32,000 nucleotides of DNA, taken from contig JBHLRO010000006.1 of NCBI GenBank assembly GCA_048882505.1, forward strand, positions 60,001-92,000, read 5' to 3'. The notes beneath the pieces were generated by a model. It was not told where the DNA came from and searched no databases. It saw nothing but the letters and a program-made list of their open reading frames with translations. A program made the position numbers and the translations under genes. Shown here one piece after another: positions 9,819 through 18,298 of this stretch (position 1 is its first letter; every line of letters begins with the position of its first letter). This DNA comes from Candidatus Thorarchaeota archaeon. Its GTDB lineage: Archaea > Asgardarchaeota > Heimdallarchaeia > Hodarchaeales > Hodarchaeaceae.

Positions 9819-11054
9819 ATGAGCATAAGAAAACGGCGCGAAATTTTTCACAATGGGATCATTCTAATTATCCTGGTCCTATCGCTGGTTGTTCAGAGTT
9901 TCACTAGTGTTTATACGTTTGCCCTACGAAGTTCAGACTCTTATATAGTTCATCCCCCAATCGTTATCGTCGGTAACCAAAATTTTTTGACACAAGCATC
10001 AACAGAGAACTGGCTGGGAGACGGGACACCTGCGTCTCCGTACACTATTGAAGGTTTAAATATCACCAGTCCGCTAGACACCAGCTTGATAGATATCAGA
10101 AATACGGATGTGTTTTTTCACATCGCCAATTGCCTGCTAGATGGTGGGGCATATGGTATAAAGCTGGATAACGTGACTAACGGGCAGATTTCAGGTAATG
10201 TTATCAACCATAATTTGGGAAACGGAGTTCAGCTAGATCTCGGAAAAGCTACCAACATATCCAATATCATAAGCGATAATCGTGGAAGGGGAATAGACGT
10301 AAATTTTTCGGACAATAGTACTATTACGGGCAATACAGTAGGCAATAACGGTGAACATGGCATACGTATGGATGATTCGCGTGGAAGTACCATTGCGGGG
10401 AACACTTTCAGAAATAATGGAGGTATCGGAATTGTAATAGGTACTTCTGGTAAGAGTACCATAGTAAACAATACCATTATCTCCAATGGAGCTGATGGTA
10501 TTAGTCTAGAAGCTTCAGAAGATAGTGTTATAACAGGAAATCGCGTCGAAGATAACAGAGTCGGCATTCGCCTGTCGATTTCGGATAATAGCTCCATTTG
10601 GGGGAATGTGATTACCATAAATCGGATTTCTGGCTTGGCTCTCGATAACTCGGATGATAGTACCATTTCAGGCAATAACATAACTTTTAATCGTGGGTAC
10701 GGTATCTACTTGGATGACACAGACAATACGATTGTCAAATGGAACTACTTCATCAGTAACAATTCAACAGGAGCCTCACAAGCGTTTGATGATGGTACTA
10801 ACAATATTTTCGACAATAATTACTGGGATGAATGGATTAGGCCAGATAATGATCAGGATGGCGTGGTCGACCGAGCTTACCCTATTGATGGACTAGCTTC
10901 CAATCAGGATGGCGCTCCCCGAGCATCACCTAAGGCCGCTTCCAGGGAGGGAATCCCTTCTCACATAATTCCAGCCTTAATTGTTTTAATGGGAATTCTC
11001 AGCTTTTTAGGAATTTCTGTATTGATCCAAGGACGAAAACGATCAGATCGGTAA
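9819..11054 (+). CDS. NosD/CASH beta-helix surface protein with C-terminal membrane anchor (shorter paralog of 1955..4879)
   Basis: Shares H.PI.IVGNQ.F.TQAS.ENW.G.GT..SPY.IE and AFDD..NN.F..NYW..W..PD...DG.VD..Y.IDG with the first paralog. Signal peptide MSIRKRR+hydrophobic from ATG 9819 (track start 9747). Confidence 0.9.
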   Translation: MSIRKRREIFHNGIILIILVLSLVVQSFTSVYTFALRSSDSYIVHPPIVIVGNQNFLTQASTENWLGDGTPASPYTIEGLNITSPLDTSLIDIRNTDVFFHIANCLLDGGAYGIKLDNVTNGQISGNVINHNLGNGVQLDLGKATNISNIISDNRGRGIDVNFSDNSTITGNTVGNNGEHGIRMDDSRGSTIAGNTFRNNGGIGIVIGTSGKSTIVNNTIISNGADGISLEASEDSVITGNRVEDNRVGIRLSISDNSSIWGNVITINRISGLALDNSDDSTISGNNITFNRGYGIYLDDTDNTIVKWNYFISNNSTGASQAFDDGTNNIFDNNYWDEWIRPDNDQDGVVDRAYPIDGLASNQDGAPRASPKAASREGIPSHIIPALIVLMGILSFLGISVLIQGRKRSDR

Positions 11055-11196
11055 CATATGGCAAGGACCGATTTATCTGATGCGTTACCTTGATCAGATG
11101 CGCCAGGAGCCCCTCATACAAAAAAATCAAGGAAAGGCATGATCAAATCAGCTTCATTATTTGAAGCTGAACGGGGCATGGAACCGCTTTGAAAGG

Positions 11197-11907
11197 CTAC
11201 TTACTCAACGCGCCAAGATTAGATAACGTCAAAAAGTCCTCTGCTATCTGTAACCGATTTTCCATTACTTCTATGAAGCCTTTCTTCCGCAAATTTTTGA
11301 TATAATAAGAAACCAATGCCCTACTGTACCCAGTAGACACAACAAGATCCTTTTGAAAGCAAGCTCCGTTTTTTTCTGTAATATGAGTCAAAATAGTAAC
11401 GATTTTGGAATTCCTCGTCGATGCTAACCATAATTTTTCTTTCATAGAATATCGTGCTGACCTTTCAAAGAAATGACGGCAACGTCCTAGTCTGAAAGAT
11501 TCGATTTTTGTCTCATTCGATTCCAGATTACGAAGGTGATACTGGATCACACCCAAAGCGAGACTCGTTTCTCTTTGGAGTTCCCTAAGTGTGATACCTG
11601 GGTTTTGCACTATTTCTTCATGTAAAAGAGCTCTATTCTTGGGCAGCTTTGCATTTTCGCCTAATTGACCATGAAAATCCTGAGTGGCATTTGCACCTAA
11701 GAATATTGCCACCTGATGAATAGTAGCTGTAGAGGAGGAATACGGAGGTGTAATTGGATGAGAGAGTTCGGTTCCTGGTATACCAGATGTAGTTGATATG
11801 AAATATTGAAAATTGAAAAAGATACTGATAATCACGAACACGAAGACCAGTAATTGAAGAAATTTGAATAGACTCGTCCTCGTGAGTTTCGGAAGGATTG
11901 GCTCCAC
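11197..11907 (-). CDS. membrane-anchored double winged-helix transcriptional regulator (COG3398-like)
   Basis: N-terminal TM helix, Ser/Thr/Pro linker, then R..L...I.QNPGITLREL.R...L..G.IQYHL..L and a second wHTH (Q.DL....G.SRALVSYYIKNL..KG.I). Confidence 0.8.
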   Translation of the reverse strand: MEPILPKLTRTSLFKFLQLLVFVFVIISIFFNFQYFISTTSGIPGTELSHPITPPYSSSTATIHQVAIFLGANATQDFHGQLGENAKLPKNRALLHEEIVQNPGITLRELQRETSLALGVIQYHLRNLESNETKIESFRLGRCRHFFERSARYSMKEKLWLASTRNSKIVTILTHITEKNGACFQKDLVVSTGYSRALVSYYIKNLRKKGFIEVMENRLQIAEDFLTLSNLGALSK

Positions 11908-12060
11908 CCTATTTTGTTGACTTTCGGTTTCATTTAAATTCTTTTTCAGATAATGTCAAAAGATTGTACTACATCTTTTTTTGGGAAGTTAGACAGTACT
12001 ACCTACACATTCTATACCTGGAATGACGTTTACAGCCTGTCAGGACCACCTAGGTTATTC

Positions 12061-12675
12061 TTACAGGTAGAAGCTCAAGATTCCAAACCTCCGATTTTCA
12101 TCGTCTAGGATCTCAGTATATCGTTTCAGGATAGCTACACATATGAAGAGGCCAACCGCTGTTGTGAACACACCAAGGACCTGTGCGATCATAAGCAGCA
12201 CCAGAAAACGTAGACCCCAGGATCTAGCCGATCGTAATTGACTTGATCGGTTATTGGATTTATTGTTGTTAATATGGGAAATCCTGTCAATCATAGAAAA
12301 CCCGATCATTGGCAGCATTATCTGGATATCCGCAATTTCGGGATCCAGCTTGTTTAAGATTTGACGCAGAAAGTAGGTAGAGAAGCCTACGAAGATTAGA
12401 TTATACATAATCCCTCTTGTCAGCCCCGAGAGTGGATTCACGGGACTGATCAATCCCCAATCACCGACCAGTGATTGGGGGGGAGCTAAGAAATAAGCAA
12501 GTCCGCCTACAGGAACATATTGTCCAGATATGGCGTCCCCTCTAAATGTTCCCAACAAATAAACCAGGATATCTGGCGAATTCTGGCCCCCACTTGTAAG
12601 AACATGCCAAACCAGCTGTGCCAGAAATGATAACCCTGAGAACATGACAGAAGTTATAATAACAGGAATAATCAT
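12061..12675 (-). CDS. secY: SecY/Sec61alpha paralog, C-terminal part (TM7-TM10); in frame with 12703..13554 across a single TAG
   Basis: YLMIIPVIITSVMFSGL matches TM7 ([17 protein letters not shown]); GLAYFLAPP matches GLCYYLSPP; IAQVLG..TAVGLFICVAILKRYTEI matches TM9/TM10 (LADFLG..GTGILLAVTIIYQYFEI). Confidence 0.8.
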   Translation of the reverse strand: MIIPVIITSVMFSGLSFLAQLVWHVLTSGGQNSPDILVYLLGTFRGDAISGQYVPVGGLAYFLAPPQSLVGDWGLISPVNPLSGLTRGIMYNLIFVGFSTYFLRQILNKLDPEIADIQIMLPMIGFSMIDRISHINNNKSNNRSSQLRSARSWGLRFLVLLMIAQVLGVFTTAVGLFICVAILKRYTEILDDENRRFGILSFYL

Positions 12676-12702
12676 AAGATAAAGAATATTTCCCTGATAC
12701 TC

Positions 12703-13554
12703 CTAGCTACGGTTCTCTTTTAGTCGGTTCTTGATGGCAATTGTGAACTTGAAAGCACCAAGGTAGTTTAGCAAGAGGAAAAAGATAATAGTAACCAAAA
12801 AAGATAATAATGAATATGCAGGGAGGTTAAGGTTATTTTGGGGATCATATCGAAACAATAATGCCATTATTGCGGCAAACACGTCCTCATGACTGATCCA
12901 GGAAAGAAAGGCGAGTAAAAATCCTCGATTTGATAAAATGCCGCTTTTACCCTCTGAAACTGCTTGGATAGAAAAAAGGTACATGAATAGATCAAGCCCT
13001 ATTGTACTAAGGATAAATAAGGCTATACCAGAGCCATACCCCCAACCTTTGGCTACAACTTCATCTAGGTAGATTGCAATAATCCCCCCTATAATTAATT
13101 GGACAAAGATGCAAAGTTGCGCAGGTAACGGTAGTTTAGTGCCAAAAAATCCGCTGAACGTTACTAAAAGGGCGCCCAGGATTGTGAAAGTGATTGCCAT
13201 ACCTTTTAGGATTGCATTGTAGCTAATTTTTCCTCTTAAGGACTCCAAATCGTTTTCAGCGGTTTTTTTAAACAGGAGAAGTTGCATAACAAGGCCAGCC
13301 AGAAGAATCGGAAATATCCCCAGTGTTCCTATGTATCCCAAAGGCGGAGCATAAATCACCCTGAAGTAAGCAAAGGGATCTGCTTCTCCAACGTTTGCCA
13401 GAATTAATGGTATGGAAATCAAAAGGGAGTACCCTGTAAATGCCATGAATGTCCACAAAAGCTTCTCCTTAGGGGAAAGATCCTGTGAAGGGTGTTTAAC
13501 CGTGGGAAATGTTGTCCCAATCCGTCTGAAAAATTCAAGAAACATCGGTATCAT
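12703..13554 (-). CDS. secY: SecY/Sec61alpha paralog, N-terminal part (TM1-TM6), ending at an internal amber codon
   Basis: P.V..P...LSPKEKLLWT (TM1), ADPFAYFRVIYA (plug), LGIFPILLAGLVMQLL (TM2b), QLIIGGIIAIYLDEVVAKGWGYGSGIALFI (TM4-5). GTGAGG RBS upstream of ATG 13554. Confidence 0.9.
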   Translation of the reverse strand: MIPMFLEFFRRIGTTFPTVKHPSQDLSPKEKLLWTFMAFTGYSLLISIPLILANVGEADPFAYFRVIYAPPLGYIGTLGIFPILLAGLVMQLLLFKKTAENDLESLRGKISYNAILKGMAITFTILGALLVTFSGFFGTKLPLPAQLCIFVQLIIGGIIAIYLDEVVAKGWGYGSGIALFILSTIGLDLFMYLFSIQAVSEGKSGILSNRGFLLAFLSWISHEDVFAAIMALLFRYDPQNNLNLPAYSLLSFLVTIIFFLLLNYLGAFKFTIAIKNRLKENRS

Positions 13555-13589
13555 GTTTTTTCCTCACTAGGATATTTTCGACCGTCATA

Positions 13590-13790
13590 TTACGAAAAAG
13601 ATCTTCCCAGGATAAAAGACACTATCAACCGGACCAAGAATGAGAATAATCCAAAGACCGCAAGTCCAACTGCTGTTTTTTGCACGAGCGTAATAACTTC
13701 TGATTTTGTCGGAGGATTGGAAATTAACAGAGGTTGTGAGTCCTCCCGAAGTGATCTGCGAGATGCCCTCTTCTCCTCTGAGTTTTCCAT
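13590..13790 (-). CDS. secE: SecE/Sec61gamma paralog (66 aa)
   Basis: SNPPTKSEVITLVQKTAVGLAVFGLFSFLVRLIVSFI matches the SecE/Sec61gamma hinge-plus-TM pattern (KP.R.EF..IA..TAIGF...G.IGF.VKLI). ATG 13790; directly upstream of and co-oriented with secY. Confidence 0.75.
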   Translation of the reverse strand: MENSEEKRASRRSLREDSQPLLISNPPTKSEVITLVQKTAVGLAVFGLFSFLVRLIVSFILGRSFS

Positions 13791-14221
13791 TGTCAAATAC
13801 CTAATACTCTTGTTTTTTGGGAATAAATGTAATGACCTATTCACGAAAGGAGATTAATAACTTAAATTAATCTTGCGTTCCCATACAACGTCCAAATTAA
13901 TTTATGATGCTGCTAAGGGCGTTATATTTTATTACTTCTAGTACAATAATTTGACATTGCCTTTCCCTGACGTTTTTCTCTGTTCCCATTTAATAGGGGC
14001 GCTATAATCGCTGATATGAAGATACACGGAGGCCCCGTGTTCCTAGCGGGGATAGTTGTTTACGTGTTCTGTTTTCTCTTTGGATTCGTTTATTACAATA
14101 TCAAACCGATCCCATATTAATCCAAAATTAGGTTCCCCCTCCAATTTGGAAGATGCCCTGAAAAATCCATATAATTGGATTGACGGAGGTTGGTTTTCAC
14201 CAAAAACATGGAAATTTTATC

Positions 14222-15199
14222 ATGAAAGCAATTGTTCTCCCCGAGTACGGAGATCCAGATGTTCTTCAGCTCAAAGAGGTAGCGGATCCTGTCCCGCGAG
14301 AAAATGAAGTTAATGTAAAGATCGTTGCAGCCTCCGTCAACGCCACGGATCTGGAAATTGTGAGGGGAGACTTCATCGTTCGTCTTTCAAGCGGATTACG
14401 ACAACCTTCCAATACAAGACTCGGTTGTGATTTTGCTGGGCGCGTTGAATCAATTGGAAAAAACGTAACGCAATTTGAACGAGGCGATGAGGTTTACGCG
14501 GATTTAATGTACCAACGTCGCGCCTATGGCGCTTTTGCAGAATATGTCTGTATCCCTGAAAAATCATTACGATTGAAACCTGCCAGTATGACATTTGAGG
14601 AGGCTGCTACCATACCTCAGGCTGGGGTTCTCGCCGTACAAGGAATTCGAGGTAAAAAGCCACCTCTTTCTGGGCAAGAAGTGTTAATTAATGGTGCAGG
14701 TGGTGGTGTAGGAACCTTTGCGATTCAGATTGCCAAGTATTTCGGAACCAAAGTCACTGCTGTTGATAATGAGGTTAAATTGGATATGATGCGTTCGCTT
14801 GGTGCGGATCATGTCATTGATTATACCAAACATGATTTTACAAAAAGCGGAAAACAATATGATCTCATTCTTGATGTCGTTGCCAAGCGAGGTATTTTCG
14901 CCTATAGACGTGCATTGAAACCCACGGGCATCTTCCGTATGGTGGGCGGAACCACTGGGCGAATATTCCAAATTCTATTTTTTGGAACCCTGGTTTCACG
15001 ATTCTCTAGTAGAAAAGTAGGTGTTCTTATGGGAAATCCAAACAAGAAAGCAGATATGGATTTTTTAGCTGAACGGTTTGAAGATAAAACGGTAGTGCCG
15101 ATTATAGACAAAATTTATCCCTTAAATGAAGTTGCAGAGGCGCTTCGGTATCTTAAAGATGGATATGCCAATGGAAAGTTAGTGATCAAGATGGAATAG
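14222..15199 (+). CDS. NAD(P)-dependent MDR-family oxidoreductase (zinc-independent, quinone reductase-like)
   Basis: MKAIV...YG.PDVL.L.EV..P.P, AASVN..D, G.DFAG.VE..G, GAFAEY, VLINGAGGGVGTFAIQIAK Rossmann motif, G.A.GKLVI; no Zn-binding Cys motifs. ATG 14222 preferred over track start 14180. Confidence 0.93.
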   Translation: MKAIVLPEYGDPDVLQLKEVADPVPRENEVNVKIVAASVNATDLEIVRGDFIVRLSSGLRQPSNTRLGCDFAGRVESIGKNVTQFERGDEVYADLMYQRRAYGAFAEYVCIPEKSLRLKPASMTFEEAATIPQAGVLAVQGIRGKKPPLSGQEVLINGAGGGVGTFAIQIAKYFGTKVTAVDNEVKLDMMRSLGADHVIDYTKHDFTKSGKQYDLILDVVAKRGIFAYRRALKPTGIFRMVGGTTGRIFQILFFGTLVSRFSSRKVGVLMGNPNKKADMDFLAERFEDKTVVPIIDKIYPLNEVAEALRYLKDGYANGKLVIKME

Positions 15200-15318
15200 G
15201 CTGGATTATTGGGTTTCGTCAACCGTCTTCACTTATAATCTAAGCAATCCATCAATAATAACAGGTAAGATTTATAATCTAGACGTGTGTTCGGTTTTTG
15301 AACAGTGTCTTGGCAGAG

Positions 15319-16146
15319 ATGGCAAAGAGTGAAGTTAAATCCACCGTGATTTGTGTTTTACTGATAATTGTTTACTGGAATTTTCTATTTGATGTAAACG
15401 GAAATGACGACATACCTATAACTCCGAATGATAAATTCTTCACTCAATCAATTGACCTGTTTGATATTGATCCAGACAGCTATAGATTAGAGGTTAGTGG
15501 CGAAGTAGCCAATCCCTTAAGTTTAACACTTGACGAAATAAAATCAATGCCTGTAACCTCAGAAATTGTACGGTTGACGTGTGTTGATTATAAACAGGGA
15601 GCGCTCTCATTAACAGGAGTTGCTAATTGGACTGGCGTCAGACTGTCTCACATTTTGAATCTATCAGGGATAAATTATCTCACTGCAAAAGATATCTCCT
15701 TTTATACTCCTGATTTAAGTCCTTACGGATATACAACCAGTCTAGCATTAGAAGAGGCGTTTTGGGGTGATGTCATTCTTGCTTATGAAATGAATGGAGA
15801 AATTTTGCCAAAGGAACATGGATTTCCTATACGACTTGTCTGTCCTCGATTTTTCGGATATAAATGGATCAAATGGATAACTCATATCAACGTAACGACG
15901 ATTGATTATCATGGTTATTGGGAGAATAGGGGTTATAACGATACACCTTATGTAGATGTACCTCTTCCTATTTATTATTCCCCAGTTGGATCAGACATAC
16001 CAATCCCCGACGTAACATCCAGCGAGTCAATATCTAATCAATCAAAGTCTACACGCTGGCCAGGTATGGAGATAATCCTTCCTATGCTAGCAATAGCTGC
16101 AATCACACGAGTAAAAATTGATCGAAGGAAGGGAAGACAACAATAA
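15319..16146 (+). CDS. sulfite oxidase/MsrP(YedY)/YuiH-family molybdopterin-dependent oxidoreductase, exported and C-terminally anchored
   Basis: YRLEVSGEV.NP.SLTLDEI, LTCVD (Mo-Cys), NWTGVRL, LAYEMNGE.LP.EHGFPIRLV.P..FGYKWIKWI, GYWE.RGY; N-terminal hydrophobic helix and C-terminal TM plus basic tail. Confidence 0.88.
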   Translation: MAKSEVKSTVICVLLIIVYWNFLFDVNGNDDIPITPNDKFFTQSIDLFDIDPDSYRLEVSGEVANPLSLTLDEIKSMPVTSEIVRLTCVDYKQGALSLTGVANWTGVRLSHILNLSGINYLTAKDISFYTPDLSPYGYTTSLALEEAFWGDVILAYEMNGEILPKEHGFPIRLVCPRFFGYKWIKWITHINVTTIDYHGYWENRGYNDTPYVDVPLPIYYSPVGSDIPIPDVTSSESISNQSKSTRWPGMEIILPMLAIAAITRVKIDRRKGRQQ

Positions 16147-16371
16147 GAGCATTTAGGGTTTTGAATCTTCCCAAGAGCTCAGGTCGGTTATGACTACGAT
16201 ATCGCTTTTCTGGAATCTTCCTCGATGGTTTCTTAATTCTTAACGGCCGATTTTCGATTGTAATAGGAACTCAAAGATTGGTTGGCTGGCAGGTGTTCCC
16301 CTAAGGTAGCCTGTTTTGCAGCAGCAACTTGTTAGGTACGTTTTAAATGGGTTTTAATTCCTGACGAAATT

Positions 16372-17544
16372 CTAGAGAGTCAATGGAGGGATCTCTTCAG
16401 GAGATGCATATATCAACTCATAATCAGCTGTCCCGAGGCCTACGGCTTGGCAGAACTCAAATAGTCTCGAATCATCGAACTTAGTTTCTCCTGGTTCTTT
16501 ACAGTTGAGTATGTCGGCTTCAGTCCCCATAATTCCTGCAGCCTTATTGACAAGATCTAGGGAAGCTCGATCGATCGCTACGGGGTCATTACTTACAAGA
16601 ATACCGATGTCAGGAACGATAGGAATGCTATTTAACGATCTACAATCACAGCCCGTGACAATATCATATGCTACGTTGATGTAAGTGAATCTATCTTCAC
16701 CTACTAGATCAATAACAGTTCTACTGATATCTGCAATATATTTCTGTAAGAGGACTTCACTATGTTTTCCTTCTGGGTAAAAAGCTTTCAAAGGACATAA
16801 ACTCTTGCAATTTCCACAGAGAAGACAATACCTTTCATTAATTCGGGCCTTGTTGTTCACGATTTCGATGGCCGAAGGCGCTGGACACTTACTGAGACAA
16901 TTATCAGTACAACTACCACGATCGCACTTCTCCTTGTCAATGTGGAGGGGAGGGTCAAAATGAGCTAGAAATTTGCCAGTTTTTGTGGTGAGTCCAATAC
17001 CCAGGTTTTTTAGAGATGCTGCAATGGATTCGCCACGAGTATAGGGAGAATGACCTTTAAAGTGAGAAAGACTTACTACATGATCCATGTTTAAGATTCC
17101 CCGTGCTATCCAGGCTTCATCTAGAACCAGGCCATTGTTAACTCTAACCTTGACTCCGTCCACTCCCCAAAACCCGTCCAACATTACTAATGGAGCTCTT
17201 ACAGAACCAATAGTTAATCCGTGCCATGTTGCAGCCTCAAGATAGGCTTCTGCTGACTTTTTATGACCGAAGTATCCGTGTCCACAGGTTTCGGCCAAGA
17301 AAGGGCGGCCCCCCGCCTGACGGATCACCTCAACAATGGTCCTATAGATAACTGGACGTAAGACATTCGGATTTCCAGGGTCCCCGAAGTTAGTTTTTAT
17401 GCACACAAGGTCTTCATTGTTAATTTTTTCAGAAAATCCTGAATTAAAAAGGAGTTTTTGAAGTTTTCTAATAATACTGCCGCTTCTATCGCTCGGTTTT
17501 CGATTAGATAACCAAGCAGGGGAATAATATACCTTGCTGGCCAA
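16372..17544 (-). CDS. DUF362 family Fe-S protein with ferredoxin-type domain (COG2768-like)
   Basis: MASKVY start (TTG 17544 after AGGTGA), V.IKTNFG..GN...LRP, SHFKGH, KNLGIG, CLLCGNCKSLCP, CDC, PDIGIL.S.DPVAID.AS.DLV. Confidence 0.88.
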   Translation of the reverse strand: MASKVYYSPAWLSNRKPSDRSGSIIRKLQKLLFNSGFSEKINNEDLVCIKTNFGDPGNPNVLRPVIYRTIVEVIRQAGGRPFLAETCGHGYFGHKKSAEAYLEAATWHGLTIGSVRAPLVMLDGFWGVDGVKVRVNNGLVLDEAWIARGILNMDHVVSLSHFKGHSPYTRGESIAASLKNLGIGLTTKTGKFLAHFDPPLHIDKEKCDRGSCTDNCLSKCPAPSAIEIVNNKARINERYCLLCGNCKSLCPLKAFYPEGKHSEVLLQKYIADISRTVIDLVGEDRFTYINVAYDIVTGCDCRSLNSIPIVPDIGILVSNDPVAIDRASLDLVNKAAGIMGTEADILNCKEPGETKFDDSRLFEFCQAVGLGTADYELIYASPEEIPPLTL

Positions 17545-17799
17545 TGTTATCACCTTATTGCCTGATCGAAGATGATACGATTTATAGAAGATAAGGTTTT
17601 TGAACGAATCTTTAAAAATTTTTATATATAAACGTCTTATGATTTAACAAATGTAAAAAACCATTCCTATTGGCGATCTTAAACGCATAAAAGCGCCTAA
17701 AAAGGTATAGAATTACAGAAATTTATTGAAAGAAATATGTCGATTTGTTAAATAACAAAAAAAACTATCAAAGGTACTAACCAGAAAAATAATCAGGAG

Positions 17800-18210
17800 A
17801 TGAAGGTAATGGTTGAAATCACAGCTAATATGGAGAATTTTCTTCAAGAACAGAGAATGATTCGAGTCGCAACGGTGGCCCCCGATGGATCACCTAATGT
17901 CGCCCCATTTTGTTTTTTTATGAATGAGGGTTCTGTTCACGTTTTGACAAGGCCAGAAACGAAGACAGTAAAGAATATAAGAAAAAATCCAGAGGTAGCT
18001 TTCCTGATAGATTCGTATGATGAGGATTGGAGCAAGAATAGATTTCTTATGCTCAAGGGTATAGCGACATTAATTGAGGATTCAAAGAAGACAGAGGAAC
18101 TTCGGGCTGTTAGGAAGGCGAAATATCCCCAGCAAGCTGATGCGCCTCCTGACCGAAAGTGGACAGTAATCAGAATAAACCCTACGACGATTTTTCCCTT
18201 TCGTATTTAA
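17800..18210 (+). CDS. pyridoxamine 5'-phosphate oxidase-like FMN/F420-binding protein
   Basis: RVATVAPDGSPNVAP, T...T.K.KNI.KNP.VAFLID, ...KYPQ split-barrel pattern. Confidence 0.88.
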   Translation: MKVMVEITANMENFLQEQRMIRVATVAPDGSPNVAPFCFFMNEGSVHVLTRPETKTVKNIRKNPEVAFLIDSYDEDWSKNRFLMLKGIATLIEDSKKTEELRAVRKAKYPQQADAPPDRKWTVIRINPTTIFPFRI

Positions 18211-18298
18211 TAGAAGAAGCATAAAATAATTATTGTTTAAAATAAAGTTCAAATTCTACTTCGTTTTGAAAACCTCGCTTATGGTGTGACCTAGGACG

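Noticed and set aside
11041-11099. Short inverted repeats (ATCTGAT/ATCAGAT; GGTAAC/GTTACC) between convergent genes
   Set aside because: Weak stems with long loops and no T-tract.
12181-12260. Alternative-frame string PIKSITIG*ILGSTF as the true TM9 of SecY through compensating frameshifts
   Set aside because: That frame contains several stops, including one inside the putative helix; the match is not better than chance.
13492-13857. 121-aa plus-strand ORF overlapping secE and the secY start; also 31087..31323 and 31772..31969 antisense to dipeptidase 3
   Set aside because: Antisense to better-supported genes with recognisable motifs and RBSs.
14140-14180. Two short palindromes TCCAATTTGGA and ATCCA-TATAAT-TGGAT upstream of the MDR gene
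   Set aside because: Only 5-bp arms with different spacers in AT-rich DNA; expected by chance.
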